Source of the DNA: Bacteriovoracaceae bacterium | GTDB lineage: Bacteria > Bdellovibrionota > Bacteriovoracia > Bacteriovoracales > Bacteriovoracaceae | Length of the DNA: 64,000 bases | NCBI GenBank assembly: GCA_048270185.1 | Contig: JBLWTJ010000002.1 | Span: 288,001 to 352,000, forward strand | Direction of reading: 5' to 3' | Part shown: in pieces, positions 39,997 to 49,849 of the stretch | Layout: each line of letters starts with the position of its first letter | How positions within the stretch are numbered: the stretch's first letter is position 1 | The notes under the pieces: model-generated | Databases searched by the model: none | What the model was told of the DNA's origin: nothing | The model's input: only the letters and a program-made list of their open reading frames with translations | Position numbers and translations under genes: made by a program

Positions 39997-40347
39997 ATGG
40001 TTACTGGATTAATGATTTTTCACGGTGTTGTTTCAATCCTACTTATTATTGTTGTTCTACTTCAATTTGGGAAAGGTGCAGAAGCTGGTCTTTTAGGTGG
40101 TGCTTCGGAAGCAGTATTCACAGGTAGCCAACAAGGTAATATTCTGACAAAAATCACAGTTGTTCTTACAATTCTTTTTCTTGGTAACTGTATCTTCCTA
40201 GCTAAGATTCAAACAGGTAAAGAGTCTAAGTCACTTCTTGATTCAGTTGCTCCAGTTGCAGCTCCACTTAACTCGGATGCAGCAGCTCCAACAACAGCTC
40301 CAGCAAAGACTGAAGAAAATTCAGAAACTGCTCCAGCGACGAAGTAA
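39997..40347 (+). CDS. secG: preprotein translocase subunit SecG
   Basis: VLLQFGKGAEAG..GG motif, two TM helices, located near tpiA. Confidence 0.92.
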   Translation: MVTGLMIFHGVVSILLIIVVLLQFGKGAEAGLLGGASEAVFTGSQQGNILTKITVVLTILFLGNCIFLAKIQTGKESKSLLDSVAPVAAPLNSDAAAPTTAPAKTEENSETAPATK

Positions 40348-40370
40348 TTCTAAAAAGAAATTCACATAAT

Positions 40371-40400
40371 AAAAAAGCTCTCGTAATGAGAGCTTTTTTT
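40371..40400. terminator. bidirectional intrinsic terminator
   Basis: aaaaaagctctc-gtaat-gagagctttttt between convergent genes. Confidence 0.85.
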
Positions 40401-41094
40401 ATTTCTTCTTAATTAATTTTTGGATGGATTTTAAACCTAGATCATCTGCATACTGAGCGACTGTCTTCCCACTAGCATCGGGAATATTAGGATTGGCCTT
40501 AAGACCTAGAAGTGCGCGAACATTATCATATCTCTTATTCTTAATTGCGATATGAAGTGGAGTATCACCTTGTCCATTCTTCTCATTTAAATCGATCTCT
40601 TTCTTCTTATAAAAATAGCGAATTGATTCAGGTGTCGACTTCTTTGCAAGAGCAAAAATCGTCGTCGGTCGTCTCTTCTTGTGAACTTCACTTACAGGCT
40701 GAACTGAAGCAATTCCACGAGACTTCTTCTTTTGGGCCTCATAAGCTTTTGCTTCCGCTACAAGCTGTTCTTCATGCTTAAATTTATCATCCACAAAAGT
40801 AACTTCATAATCATCAACAACAAATGATGAATTCTCGATTTCATTGAGACTAATTTGTTCAATATCCCAATCTGCTTCTGTCTTCTTAAGTTCACGATCA
40901 TTATTGCCTTTGATATTTAGTCTTTCTTCCGAAAGCCCGTAAAGGTCTGCAAGATGGCGATACTCAGCTTCCTCTGTTTCATTAAGAAGCATATCCTTAT
41001 CAACACTTGAAAGAGGCAATAAGTCCTGCCCTCCGTTAAATCCAGCGCATGAAGTGATTAGTAGTGTGAATGTTAAAAATCTTAACAGAGTCAT
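40399..41094 (-). CDS. ankyrin-repeat lipoprotein
   Basis: LITSC lipobox; C-terminal GDTPLHIA...GKTVAQYA ankyrin repeats. Confidence 0.8.
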   Translation of the reverse strand: MTLLRFLTFTLLITSCAGFNGGQDLLPLSSVDKDMLLNETEEAEYRHLADLYGLSEERLNIKGNNDRELKKTEADWDIEQISLNEIENSSFVVDDYEVTFVDDKFKHEEQLVAEAKAYEAQKKKSRGIASVQPVSEVHKKRRPTTIFALAKKSTPESIRYFYKKKEIDLNEKNGQGDTPLHIAIKNKRYDNVRALLGLKANPNIPDASGKTVAQYADDLGLKSIQKLIKKK

Positions 41095-41172
41095 TACCTC
41101 TCCTATCGACATGAAGGTAAATTTTCTTTAATTTTTGAAAATAGTTGTGTGAATTCAGAGATTTAGAGAAGT

Positions 41173-41197
41173 AAAAAAGGCCTCTAAAAGAGGCCTT
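41173..41197 (-). terminator. intrinsic terminator after ssb
   Basis: aaggcctct-ttt-agaggcctttttt on the minus strand. Confidence 0.75.
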
Positions 41198-41221
41198 CAA
41201 GTATTGAAAATTTAGTATTTT

Positions 41222-41692
41222 TTAGAATGGAATGTCATCAGATGTGAATGAAGCGTTTGATGAGATATCATACCCTTGATTCATATCGTCTTGTGGAGCT
41301 GGTGCGCTATTGTTATTAGCGAATGAGTTATTTTGTTGACCCATTGAAGCACCTTGTCCAGCAGAAGCACCACCAAGAAATTGTACAGTTCTTGCGTTGA
41401 TTTCTGTTGTATATCTCTTGTTACCGTCTTTATCGTCCCAAGATCTAGTTTGAAGCTGACCTTCTAAGTATGCTTGACGACCTTTTGCAAGATATTGTCC
41501 ACATAGCTCAGCTAGTTTTCCCCAAACAACAATTCTATGCCATTCAGTTCTTTCTTGTTTTTGTCCGTTCTTATCAGTCCAAGCATCACCTGTTGCCAGT
41601 GTGAAGTTACATACTGCCATCCCAGATGGTGTGTACTTAAGTTCTGGATCTTGTCCTAAACGTCCTACTAAAATAACCTTGTTTACACTCAT
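41222..41692 (-). CDS. ssb: single-stranded DNA-binding protein
   Basis: [20 protein letters not shown]-terminal DDIPF. Confidence 0.98.
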   Translation of the reverse strand: MSVNKVILVGRLGQDPELKYTPSGMAVCNFTLATGDAWTDKNGQKQERTEWHRIVVWGKLAELCGQYLAKGRQAYLEGQLQTRSWDDKDGNKRYTTEINARTVQFLGGASAGQGASMGQQNNSFANNNSAPAPQDDMNQGYDISSNASFTSDDIPF

Positions 41693-41897
41693 TTGTTCCT
41701 CCAAGTTTCAACGCGTATAACTGAAGCAATCCTTTAGAATTCAGCTATAATCGCAAGGTTGTGTATTAACCTCATAACAATAATACGACTTTCCCCTATC
41801 TGAGAAGTCATAAATGAGCTTGCAAGAAAAAAAATAATTAAGACTGCGTCAAGCGCCTGAAATAAGAAAAGTTAGAACTTGGTTAGATAAGAAATTA

Positions 41898-42302
41898 CTA
41901 ATTCATCTCGGCAAAAGCTTGCTCAACGTTATCTGGAGAGATCGTTGCATGACCATTCTTGGCCATCCAAAATTCCTTTACCTTTGATTTAGCAATACGA
42001 ACATCCCTCTTGTACCAAGCAGCATCAAAGCCACAGTGAGGGCATGGAATTTCTTTCTTAAAAGTTAGTCTTAGAAAAGCCTCGAAACCGGCCCAGTAAA
42101 GAAAGAATGAAAAGACACCAGCAAGACCAATCCATGGGAATGTCGAAGCCGTTGTCACAAGCGTTAGCATGGCAATCTGCAGATAGTTTCGCGCCGAAAG
42201 ATGAGGATTCGTCACAACAGCACGCTGGGTACGACAGAGCGGACAGAAGAACTCAATATGTGCTTTCTTAAATTTGTAAGTTCTTACCTCTAATGGATTC
42301 AA
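41898..42302 (-). CDS. membrane protein with two CxxC motifs flanking a TM hairpin
   Basis: CPLC - two hydrophobic helices - CPHCG; TTG start after AGGAG. Confidence 0.75.
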   Translation of the reverse strand: MNPLEVRTYKFKKAHIEFFCPLCRTQRAVVTNPHLSARNYLQIAMLTLVTTASTFPWIGLAGVFSFFLYWAGFEAFLRLTFKKEIPCPHCGFDAAWYKRDVRIAKSKVKEFWMAKNGHATISPDNVEQAFAEMN

Positions 42303-42381
42303 CTCTCTAAACTCCTATTTGCGATTGGCCGCTAAATTCTCTCTTTATTTTAACAATTAAAACGACGGGATTTAAGCAGGT

Positions 42382-42557
42382 AAAAAAGGTACCAGGCCTT
42401 GTCCTTATTCATCCATGAGAGAACAAAGCCTTGGCCTGGTAGAGATAAGCCCTTGAAATTTAAGGACTTAAGGATGGCCGAAAGGCCACGGTTAAGGTGG
42501 TTAGCCTTGCCTGCGCAAACGTGCTACTCCAGGGATCAGGCACCATATCCTTGGTAC
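42382..42557 (-). ncRNA. candidate structured non-coding RNA / attenuator (~176 nt)
   Basis: GC-richer intergenic block with several hairpins, 5'/3' end complementarity, a terminal U6 tract and a sigma54-like promoter at 42569-42583. Confidence 0.5.
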
Positions 42558-42687
42558 CTTATTTATATACAAGTTCAATGCCAGAACTGACTCACTGCAA
42601 CTAAGCGAAATTAAGAAACTGTTCATATGAATTGACGCCTAAACAACACTTTCGGTAGCATTAAGTTACCAGTAAAAATAAGGCATT

Positions 42688-45429
42688 ATGGCACACATCA
42701 AGAATTCACATTCAAGACAAGTTATTAAAAACTCGAAGGGACAAATTAGTATCTTCTTTGGTGTGACTTTAATGGCCATCTTCTCTTTTATTGCCTTCGT
42801 CGTTAATGTTGGCCTCTTTGTTAAGGCCAAGATCAATATGCAAAACTCAGTGGACTCGGCAGCTTGGTCAGGGGCCGCTGTTCAAGCAAGGCAGCTAACA
42901 AATATTGCTCACCTTAATTGGGAGATGAGAAATACTTATAAAGAGTGGATGTTTAAGTACTATGTCCTCGGTCAACTTGCTAATGAGAGTACTCATATCA
43001 CAACTGGTGATACGATGGACTTTACTCTAAAGCGTTTTGATGGCAATCCTTCTGGTGGTGCAGACTTCGCTGGCGGTGTTAGAGGCGACCATTATAATAT
43101 TCCATCAATCTGCTTACACTTTGGAGCAGGTAATAATGAAAACCTCTGCACGATCTATCAAATTCCAGGACTTCCACGTTTCCATGTAGCAGGAATACCA
43201 GATGTAAGTGAAGAATTTGAAGCAACTCTTGATGCCTTTGTTAATATTAAGGCAAAGAACTGCATGGTGCGATCAACTTATAATTTTGCAGCGGCAATGA
43301 ACTACGCCTTTGCATCTGGAACGCAATCAAATGACATTCCAATAGCCGCTGCAAACCGTACTGGCGCATGGATTGAGTCAACAGAGCTTGCACTTAGAAT
43401 GAGAAATCTCGAGATGATTTTAAATCGTCCACCAATCACTGAAGGAATTTGTGGCCAAGAAGCAGGTAGTGGCTGTCAAAGATTTGAAGAACTGGCAAAT
43501 CAAAATGCCACACTTACTCTTCCTTTAAATGAAAGACCACTAAAGGCCTATATAGCTGGACTTAAATCTCTTTCAGGTGGTAGCTTTAAAAATAAAACGG
43601 AATTTGCAAATTCATTTGTTCTCTATGAATTAGCGCCAAAACCATTCTCACCTTCACCGCAATCATTATCATCATTCTTGATTCCAACTGGAGCTACTCA
43701 CATTGATGGTCAGATCGTTTCCTCTTCAAAGAGTTATGTCGATCTAGTTCCAATGATTTTAAACTTTACAACTTTCTTTACTTCTTTTGCTCCAACAACT
43801 GAAGACTTAGCAACGACAGGTATTTCGTCTGGAGGAACATTTGCTGAAGCTTCTTGTGCTTCTACAAAGACGGCCTTCCCGGTTCCTGGTTATATTCTTG
43901 GATTCTACAAGAATCCAAAGGTTGTGACTTACTACGCAGTTAAAGGAAAGGCCCGCTACCATGGACTTTTAAATCCATTTCGAAGAGCAATTGAGATTTC
44001 AGCTTACGCTGCGGCCAAGCCTTTTGGTGGACGAATTGGGCCAGCTCTCGTTTCACCTACTTCGGGAACAGACTATGCTGAATCGAGTGGTAACTCCGCT
44101 CGCATTGCCAATGCCTCTGGATCTCGTAGTGCTAATTATATTATGGGATTCTCAACAACAGGTGATCCTCGTTCAACAACTGATCCAAGTGATGGTGTAC
44201 AAGTACAAGGTCTTCCCCTTCCGGCCACAAATGACTTCTTTCTTGATGCAACTGATACATCAGCTGTTATTGGCGGAAACTCAGGGACAGTTGATGTGAA
44301 GTTCACGATTCCAAATATGATTTATAACTTAAACTCAGAAACGACTAATGAATCGACGCTTCCGACACTTGCCTACAATAGTAATATTCTTAACAATACA
44401 GGAGAAAGGGCCGGTCTCTTCACTAAGCAACAATACTTAGACCTAAGAAAGAATATTCCAGGCTACACGGCCAATCAAGCAGGTGTTTCTTCAGATAACT
44501 TAATGAAAGCGTTTATGAACGTTAGAGCACCAACAAATTACGATCTCCTGAATTATCTAGTGCCAACTTTGCAAGAAAATCAGCCAAATAACACAGATGA
44601 TCATTTTCCAACTATCCGCTACTCTGATAATGGAACAAAGTCTGTTGGCTACTTTGCACCTCTATTTCACAGTAGTCTCCTGTACGCCGATCAGGAAGTC
44701 GTAAAAGGTGTAATTGGTGATTATATTGATACTCTAGGTGACGCTGTAATAGCTTATCGTAAAGCATTACAATTCTATGCGACAAAAGTTGCCAACACGG
44801 GAGCACAACAGAGTGGAGCCTATGCGGAATCGGCCAAGGCTATCTACGATAACGCAGTTGACTTAGATCCTAGTAATACAACAGTAAATCTAACTTCAGA
44901 TCAATGCGCAACTCAAAGTATAGCTTCACGCTTTACTTTCTTCTTAATGGGAGATTCTGGCACAGAGATTTGTAATATTCTGCCTCTAAAGAATACTTTA
45001 ACTGAATACGTTTCAACTAAGGCTTCTGACCCTAGTTCAAACCTATTTTACTACACGACATTTCTTCAAAATAGTGAAGCTGGTGGTCAAACTCCAAGTA
45101 TCGACAATAATATGACACGTACAGCATATGCACCGGGAAAAGATTATGGTGGTTCAAATGATGGTCGAGCAACGAACCCATTTAGCGGATCAACTCGAAA
45201 TCATCGTCGTAACGCCTATTCCACAAAGCTTATTGCCATTTCGACAATATCTGATACTGCTTCAGGTTATGCTAAGAATGAGTCAAATTATCTTGAATCT
45301 GTTGCTGGATTCTCACCAGAAGGTGAAACACCAATTACACCTCAAGATATCAAAGCAACAGGTGATGTCATTTCGAATCCGTTACCAACATCTCAACTTA
45401 GTGAGTTTGGAACTGACCTTTTCTTCTAA
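42688..45429 (+). CDS. large Tad-domain (TadE/G-like pseudopilin) protein
   Basis: KG|QISIFFG hydrophobic helix followed by MQNSVDSAAWSGA Tad motif; 913 aa. Confidence 0.8.
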   Translation: MAHIKNSHSRQVIKNSKGQISIFFGVTLMAIFSFIAFVVNVGLFVKAKINMQNSVDSAAWSGAAVQARQLTNIAHLNWEMRNTYKEWMFKYYVLGQLANESTHITTGDTMDFTLKRFDGNPSGGADFAGGVRGDHYNIPSICLHFGAGNNENLCTIYQIPGLPRFHVAGIPDVSEEFEATLDAFVNIKAKNCMVRSTYNFAAAMNYAFASGTQSNDIPIAAANRTGAWIESTELALRMRNLEMILNRPPITEGICGQEAGSGCQRFEELANQNATLTLPLNERPLKAYIAGLKSLSGGSFKNKTEFANSFVLYELAPKPFSPSPQSLSSFLIPTGATHIDGQIVSSSKSYVDLVPMILNFTTFFTSFAPTTEDLATTGISSGGTFAEASCASTKTAFPVPGYILGFYKNPKVVTYYAVKGKARYHGLLNPFRRAIEISAYAAAKPFGGRIGPALVSPTSGTDYAESSGNSARIANASGSRSANYIMGFSTTGDPRSTTDPSDGVQVQGLPLPATNDFFLDATDTSAVIGGNSGTVDVKFTIPNMIYNLNSETTNESTLPTLAYNSNILNNTGERAGLFTKQQYLDLRKNIPGYTANQAGVSSDNLMKAFMNVRAPTNYDLLNYLVPTLQENQPNNTDDHFPTIRYSDNGTKSVGYFAPLFHSSLLYADQEVVKGVIGDYIDTLGDAVIAYRKALQFYATKVANTGAQQSGAYAESAKAIYDNAVDLDPSNTTVNLTSDQCATQSIASRFTFFLMGDSGTEICNILPLKNTLTEYVSTKASDPSSNLFYYTTFLQNSEAGGQTPSIDNNMTRTAYAPGKDYGGSNDGRATNPFSGSTRNHRRNAYSTKLIAISTISDTASGYAKNESNYLESVAGFSPEGETPITPQDIKATGDVISNPLPTSQLSEFGTDLFF

Positions 45430-45547
45430 TTGGGTAAACACCCTCCAGCAAGGCCCATCTGGCCATTATCAATAAAAAAGAACTTGCAGAAATTTAAACT
45501 TCTTTTATATACTAGGGGCGATTCTATAACTTAATCGTGAGGTCATC

Positions 45548-46492
45548 ATGGCAAAGAAAAAGACAGCTAAAAAAGCGGCTAAGAAAACGACTAAAAAAGT
45601 AGCTAAAAAAGCAGCAAAGAAAACGACTAAAAAAGTAGCTAAAAAAGTTACAAAGAAAGCCACTAAAAAAGTAGCAAAGAAAGCCACTAAAAAAGTTGCA
45701 AAGAAAGCAGCTAAAAAAGTAGCAAAGAAAGCCACTAAAAAAGTAGCAAAGAAAGCCACTAAAAAAGTTGCAAAGAAAGCAGCTAAAAAAGTTGCAAAGA
45801 AAGCAGCTAAAAAAGTTGCTAAGAAAGTAGCAAAGAAAGTAGCAAAGAAAGCAGCTAAAAAAGTAGCAAAGAAAGCCACTAAAAAAGTTGCAAAGAAAGC
45901 AGCTAAAAAAGTAGCAAAGAAAGCAGCTAAAAAAGTTGCAAAGAAAGCGACTAAGAAAGCAGCTAAAAAAGTAGCGAAGAAAGCGACTAAGAAAGTAGCA
46001 AAGAAAGCGACTAAGAAAGTTGCAAAGAAAGCGGCTAAGAAAGTTGCAAAGAAAGCGACTAAGAAAGATGAAAAGAAACTTTCTAAAGCTGAAGCAAAAG
46101 AGCTTGCGAGACTAGAGGCCATTGCAAAATATAAAGAGCGTAACAAAGAGGCCCTTGAGTCACAACTTGATGAAAGCCTAAAGAAATATGAAATCGAAGA
46201 TAAACTTGCACAAGCCGATGATGTAAAACTTGAGACGATTGAAGAAGCAGAAGATAGTGTTTCACTTGATGCGGAAGAAAGCTTCGCTGAGCCTGGTCCG
46301 AATCTACAAGAGGAATATAATCCAGATGATGAGCAAGATGATAAAGATGACCTAAGCTTTGGTTGGGGCTACACTGATGCATTTGACTCTCCGGAAGAAG
46401 AAATCTCTTCTGATGACCTTGACGAAGATGAGCGCTACGCTCTCGGACTAGATGGTGGAGAGACAGATGAGGATGAAGACGATTTCTACTAG
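45548..46492 (+). CDS. histone H1-like Lys-rich repeat protein with acidic C-terminal domain
   Basis: ~175 aa of KKAAK/KKVAK/KKATK repeats followed by a D/E-rich tail; GAGG SD and downstream terminator. Confidence 0.85.
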   Translation: MAKKKTAKKAAKKTTKKVAKKAAKKTTKKVAKKVTKKATKKVAKKATKKVAKKAAKKVAKKATKKVAKKATKKVAKKAAKKVAKKAAKKVAKKVAKKVAKKAAKKVAKKATKKVAKKAAKKVAKKAAKKVAKKATKKAAKKVAKKATKKVAKKATKKVAKKAAKKVAKKATKKDEKKLSKAEAKELARLEAIAKYKERNKEALESQLDESLKKYEIEDKLAQADDVKLETIEEAEDSVSLDAEESFAEPGPNLQEEYNPDDEQDDKDDLSFGWGYTDAFDSPEEEISSDDLDEDERYALGLDGGETDEDEDDFY

Positions 46493-46513
46493 AGAATTTA
46501 TTTAAATAAACCC

Positions 46514-46538
46514 AAAAGCGGCTTTGGCCGCTTTTTTT
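46514..46538 (+). terminator. intrinsic terminator
   Basis: aaaagcggc-tttg-gccgcttttttt. Confidence 0.85.
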
Positions 46539-46553
46539 ATTTTTGGAAACAAT

Positions 46554-46793
46554 ATGAAACTTGAATTATTCTACTACGATAGCTGTCCATTTTGTCAGAT
46601 GGTATTACAGGCAATAAATGAACTTGGTATAGAAGTCATTTACTGTGATATTATGAATGATACGTCAGCACTAGAGAGACATGTAAAGACAACAGGAAGA
46701 AGAACTGTTCCATGTCTTTATATCGATGACAAACCTATGTTTGAATCAAGAGATATCATTAACTGGCTACAACAAAATAAAGATAAGATTTAA
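46554..46793 (+). CDS. glutaredoxin-like protein
   Basis: CPFC, TVPCL, FESRDI motifs. Confidence 0.88.
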   Translation: MKLELFYYDSCPFCQMVLQAINELGIEVIYCDIMNDTSALERHVKTTGRRTVPCLYIDDKPMFESRDIINWLQQNKDKI

Positions 46794-46817
46794 TTTTTAA
46801 AAGTAAGGTTAGCACCC

Positions 46818-48131
46818 ATGGAAGTTAGAGACCCGGTCCACGGATCAATTCATATATTAAAAGAAGAAGAACCAATTATTCGTGCAGATTTTTTTCAACG
46901 TCTTCGCAATATTAAACAGCTTGGTTTTTCTGAGTATATCTTCCCAGGTGCAACTCATACGAGATTAATTCACTCGATAGGTGTTATGCGTGTTGGAGAG
47001 ATGGCCTTTGATCGTCTTTTCAAAAATCAAATCATGACGAAAGAACACTTTAGAATCAAAGAGACATTCAAACTTGCTTGTCTTCTTCACGATATCGGGC
47101 ACGCTCCGCTAAGCCATTCAACTGAAGTGGTAATGCCAAAACTTAAAGATCTTAAAATTCCTAGTGAATACTTACTAGGAAGAGATCAAAACTCTGATCG
47201 CCAAGCGACTCACGAAGACTATACAATTAAAGCAATTGCCGATAGCTCTCTTGCTCATAGTTTAAAAGAAGTTGAGAAAGCTTTTGGTGTTGAAAGAAAA
47301 CATATTGCAGATTTAATTCGCGGTGAAACTAATGACCACGATTACTTTAAAATCAATGGTATTAGCTACTTCCCTCTTCTTCATCAACTAGTCTCAAGTG
47401 AACTTGATTGTGACCGCATGGACTATTTATTAAGAGATAGTTACTTCTGTGGTGTAAGTTATGGTTCGTATGATCTAGACTGGCTACTAGATAACCTTGA
47501 GCCAGCAATTATTGATGGCCAAGCAAGTCTTGGTATTTCAGAAAGAGCTGTTATCACTTTTGATGACTTTCTTCTAAGCCGCTATCACATGTTCATTATG
47601 GTTTACTTCCACTATCGTGCTGTATGCTTAGAAAAGTTACTACAAAGATATTTTAAAACTTCACCATATGAGTACTTAATCCCGGCCGATATTGAGAAGT
47701 ATATTGAGCACGATGATTACCACTTAATGAAAATTTTAAGACATTCAAATAATCCATACGCTAAGAATATTGTTAATAATCAAACACCTGAGAAAATCTT
47801 TGAATCATTTAACCCTTCTCAACTTGTCACACTTGAGAAAGTTCAACAGTATTTAGAATCACTTAATCTAGAAGTTATTCGTTCTTCATCAACTGGGCGT
47901 CTGTCGAAATATTATACTGCCGATAGACCAAACGATAAGAATCAATACACGATGAAAGTAGTAAGGAATTCAAAGATGAGTAGTCATATTGAATACTTTG
48001 ATATCAATAAGGCCACTGATCTATTCCATAAGTTCTCTAAGTCACATGCGATTAATCGTCTACACTGTGATATGGGCAAACTAAGCAAAGACAATTTAGC
48101 TGAAATTAACAAAATTATTTCTGGAAATTAA
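46818..48131 (+). CDS. HD-domain phosphohydrolase (SAMHD1/dNTPase-like)
   Basis: RDPVHG, QRLRNIKQLG, HTRLIHSIG, LLHDIGH, DCDRMDY motifs. Confidence 0.9.
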   Translation: MEVRDPVHGSIHILKEEEPIIRADFFQRLRNIKQLGFSEYIFPGATHTRLIHSIGVMRVGEMAFDRLFKNQIMTKEHFRIKETFKLACLLHDIGHAPLSHSTEVVMPKLKDLKIPSEYLLGRDQNSDRQATHEDYTIKAIADSSLAHSLKEVEKAFGVERKHIADLIRGETNDHDYFKINGISYFPLLHQLVSSELDCDRMDYLLRDSYFCGVSYGSYDLDWLLDNLEPAIIDGQASLGISERAVITFDDFLLSRYHMFIMVYFHYRAVCLEKLLQRYFKTSPYEYLIPADIEKYIEHDDYHLMKILRHSNNPYAKNIVNNQTPEKIFESFNPSQLVTLEKVQQYLESLNLEVIRSSSTGRLSKYYTADRPNDKNQYTMKVVRNSKMSSHIEYFDINKATDLFHKFSKSHAINRLHCDMGKLSKDNLAEINKIISGN

Positions 48132-48181
48132 TCTTTGAAAGTTTGGACGAGGCTTCCCATCGTCGTCTATAATAAATAGAT

Positions 48182-48874
48182 ATGAATAAGTTTTCACTTT
48201 ATGTGCTATTAATATTGCTCTACCTTGGTATTTCCAAGAGTTTCTCTCCTTCAGAGAAAAAGACAATATTCATCCCTAATGCGAATGCTTTTTCAAATAT
48301 TTTCCAGGGCTCACCTATTTCTGTTATTCTTGAAAATCAATTTTCAACTGGCGCCCTGATTAAGACTTATCACCACCGCTACCAAGTGGTTCATGCTTTC
48401 AAGGCACCACAAAGAATTAACGTTAGAGTTTCAAGAGAATTCTATCAAAGAAATACTGCCAATATTGGAATGTCTCTATTTAGAAGATTTGAAAGTGAAG
48501 AAACTTCAATTGTCCCCCTTCCTCCTGGATCAATTTATATTGGTTCTCCCGCTTATGGAACTTGGAGAACTTCAAGATCAGGTGATAAAGTTTGGCGATT
48601 TCACAGAACATATAAAGGTTTTCCACAACAATTTCACTGGTTCGATTTTGTTCCAACTTATGAGTTCTATCGCCGTATGATTGTTTTCGAGAAATCAGGA
48701 AGTCCATTCTACGGACTTAATAATGAATTCGGAACAGATGGAAGTATCACTCTAAAGTATTACAAGAATGAACAAGCAGATATCAACGAGACAACGTTTA
48801 AAGATATAATCGCAAAATATACTAAGGTTCCGGCCTGGGATATTAACAAAAAGAATAAAACAAAAGAGAACTAG
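48182..48874 (+). CDS. hypothetical exported/membrane-anchored protein
   Basis: 230-aa ORF with N-terminal hydrophobic segment, operonic with the next gene. Confidence 0.7.
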   Translation: MNKFSLYVLLILLYLGISKSFSPSEKKTIFIPNANAFSNIFQGSPISVILENQFSTGALIKTYHHRYQVVHAFKAPQRINVRVSREFYQRNTANIGMSLFRRFESEETSIVPLPPGSIYIGSPAYGTWRTSRSGDKVWRFHRTYKGFPQQFHWFDFVPTYEFYRRMIVFEKSGSPFYGLNNEFGTDGSITLKYYKNEQADINETTFKDIIAKYTKVPAWDINKKNKTKEN

Positions 48875-48876
48875 TA

Positions 48877-49782
48877 ATGAATGAGTTATACGACAAGTTA
48901 ATTATAAGAATTATATTCGCACTACTTGTATGCTTTATTATCTATATATATAAGCAAGCTCACCTCTTTCTCTACCCTTCAATTAAACATCAAATTTTAA
49001 AGAAGTTTTCACCATCAAAAAACTCAACTGATACGATTCACTTATTTGGTCGAATTATTGGTATTGGAATTATCTACTCTAATATCGTTATCAATGTTTC
49101 TGATGGGATGTACTTTGCTCTAGGCCAACTTTTTCTTGAGTCTATCATGGTCATCATGCTCTACCTTGCTTCACTCTATATATTAGAAAGTATTGTTCTC
49201 TATAACTTTGAATATGCTGATGAGATTCTACGTCGAAAGAATTATGCCTATGCTATTATTTGCTTTTCTCACTCAATCTCTTTAGCTTATATATTAAAGA
49301 CAGTTATTAAAGTCTCAAATAGCTCACTTATTATGACTTTATTCTTATGGCTCTTTGCAATTGTTCTTATTGGCTTTTGTTCCAAAACTTTTCAGATTAT
49401 TTCAAAACTTTCCTTTAATCGTCTGCTAGTGCAAAAGAATATTGCCGTGGCCATCTCATATATGGGATTTATTCTAGGGCTTTGTATTATTATCTCATCT
49501 TCACTTGATCACTCTCTTCAAGATATCAAGTGGTACACAATTCAAGTTATCTTAAAAATCCTTCTTTCGATTATTATCATTCCAATCGTTAGAAAAGGTC
49601 TTATCTTGGCCTTCTCTATTCAAGATGATCTTCAAGTAAAGAAAGATGATCCTGAAGATAAAACCCTGAGTGTTGAACTTGGTTATGGTATTTATGAAGG
49701 CTCTATTCTCTTTACTTCATGCTTCTTAACAACGGTTATTACTGGGAATATCTATTACGGAAATTTTTACCCAATTTTCTAA
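48877..49782 (+). CDS. multi-pass membrane protein (DUF350-like repeats)
   Basis: ~8 TM helices; EILRRKNYAYAI and LVQKNIAVAI repeated motifs. Confidence 0.7.
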   Translation: MNELYDKLIIRIIFALLVCFIIYIYKQAHLFLYPSIKHQILKKFSPSKNSTDTIHLFGRIIGIGIIYSNIVINVSDGMYFALGQLFLESIMVIMLYLASLYILESIVLYNFEYADEILRRKNYAYAIICFSHSISLAYILKTVIKVSNSSLIMTLFLWLFAIVLIGFCSKTFQIISKLSFNRLLVQKNIAVAISYMGFILGLCIIISSSLDHSLQDIKWYTIQVILKILLSIIIIPIVRKGLILAFSIQDDLQVKKDDPEDKTLSVELGYGIYEGSILFTSCFLTTVITGNIYYGNFYPIF

Positions 49783-49849
49783 GAGGCCATAATATCCTTT
49801 ACTTCAATGCTTTTTCACCGAAATAGTATTTAAGAAATAGGAGGATTTC

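Noticed and set aside
42399..42590. 63-aa ORF in the structured intergenic block
   Set aside because: TTG start without SD and atypical composition; better explained as structured RNA on the opposite strand
45505..46146. Hydrophobic 213-aa antisense ORF (FFATFLAA repeats)
   Set aside because: Shadow of the Lys-rich repeat gene; the sense gene has the SD, terminator and unique C-terminus
46818..48131. HD dNTPase as an anti-phage system
   Set aside because: Sits in an ordinary-looking context with no defence-island features; a housekeeping SAMHD1-like role is more parsimonious
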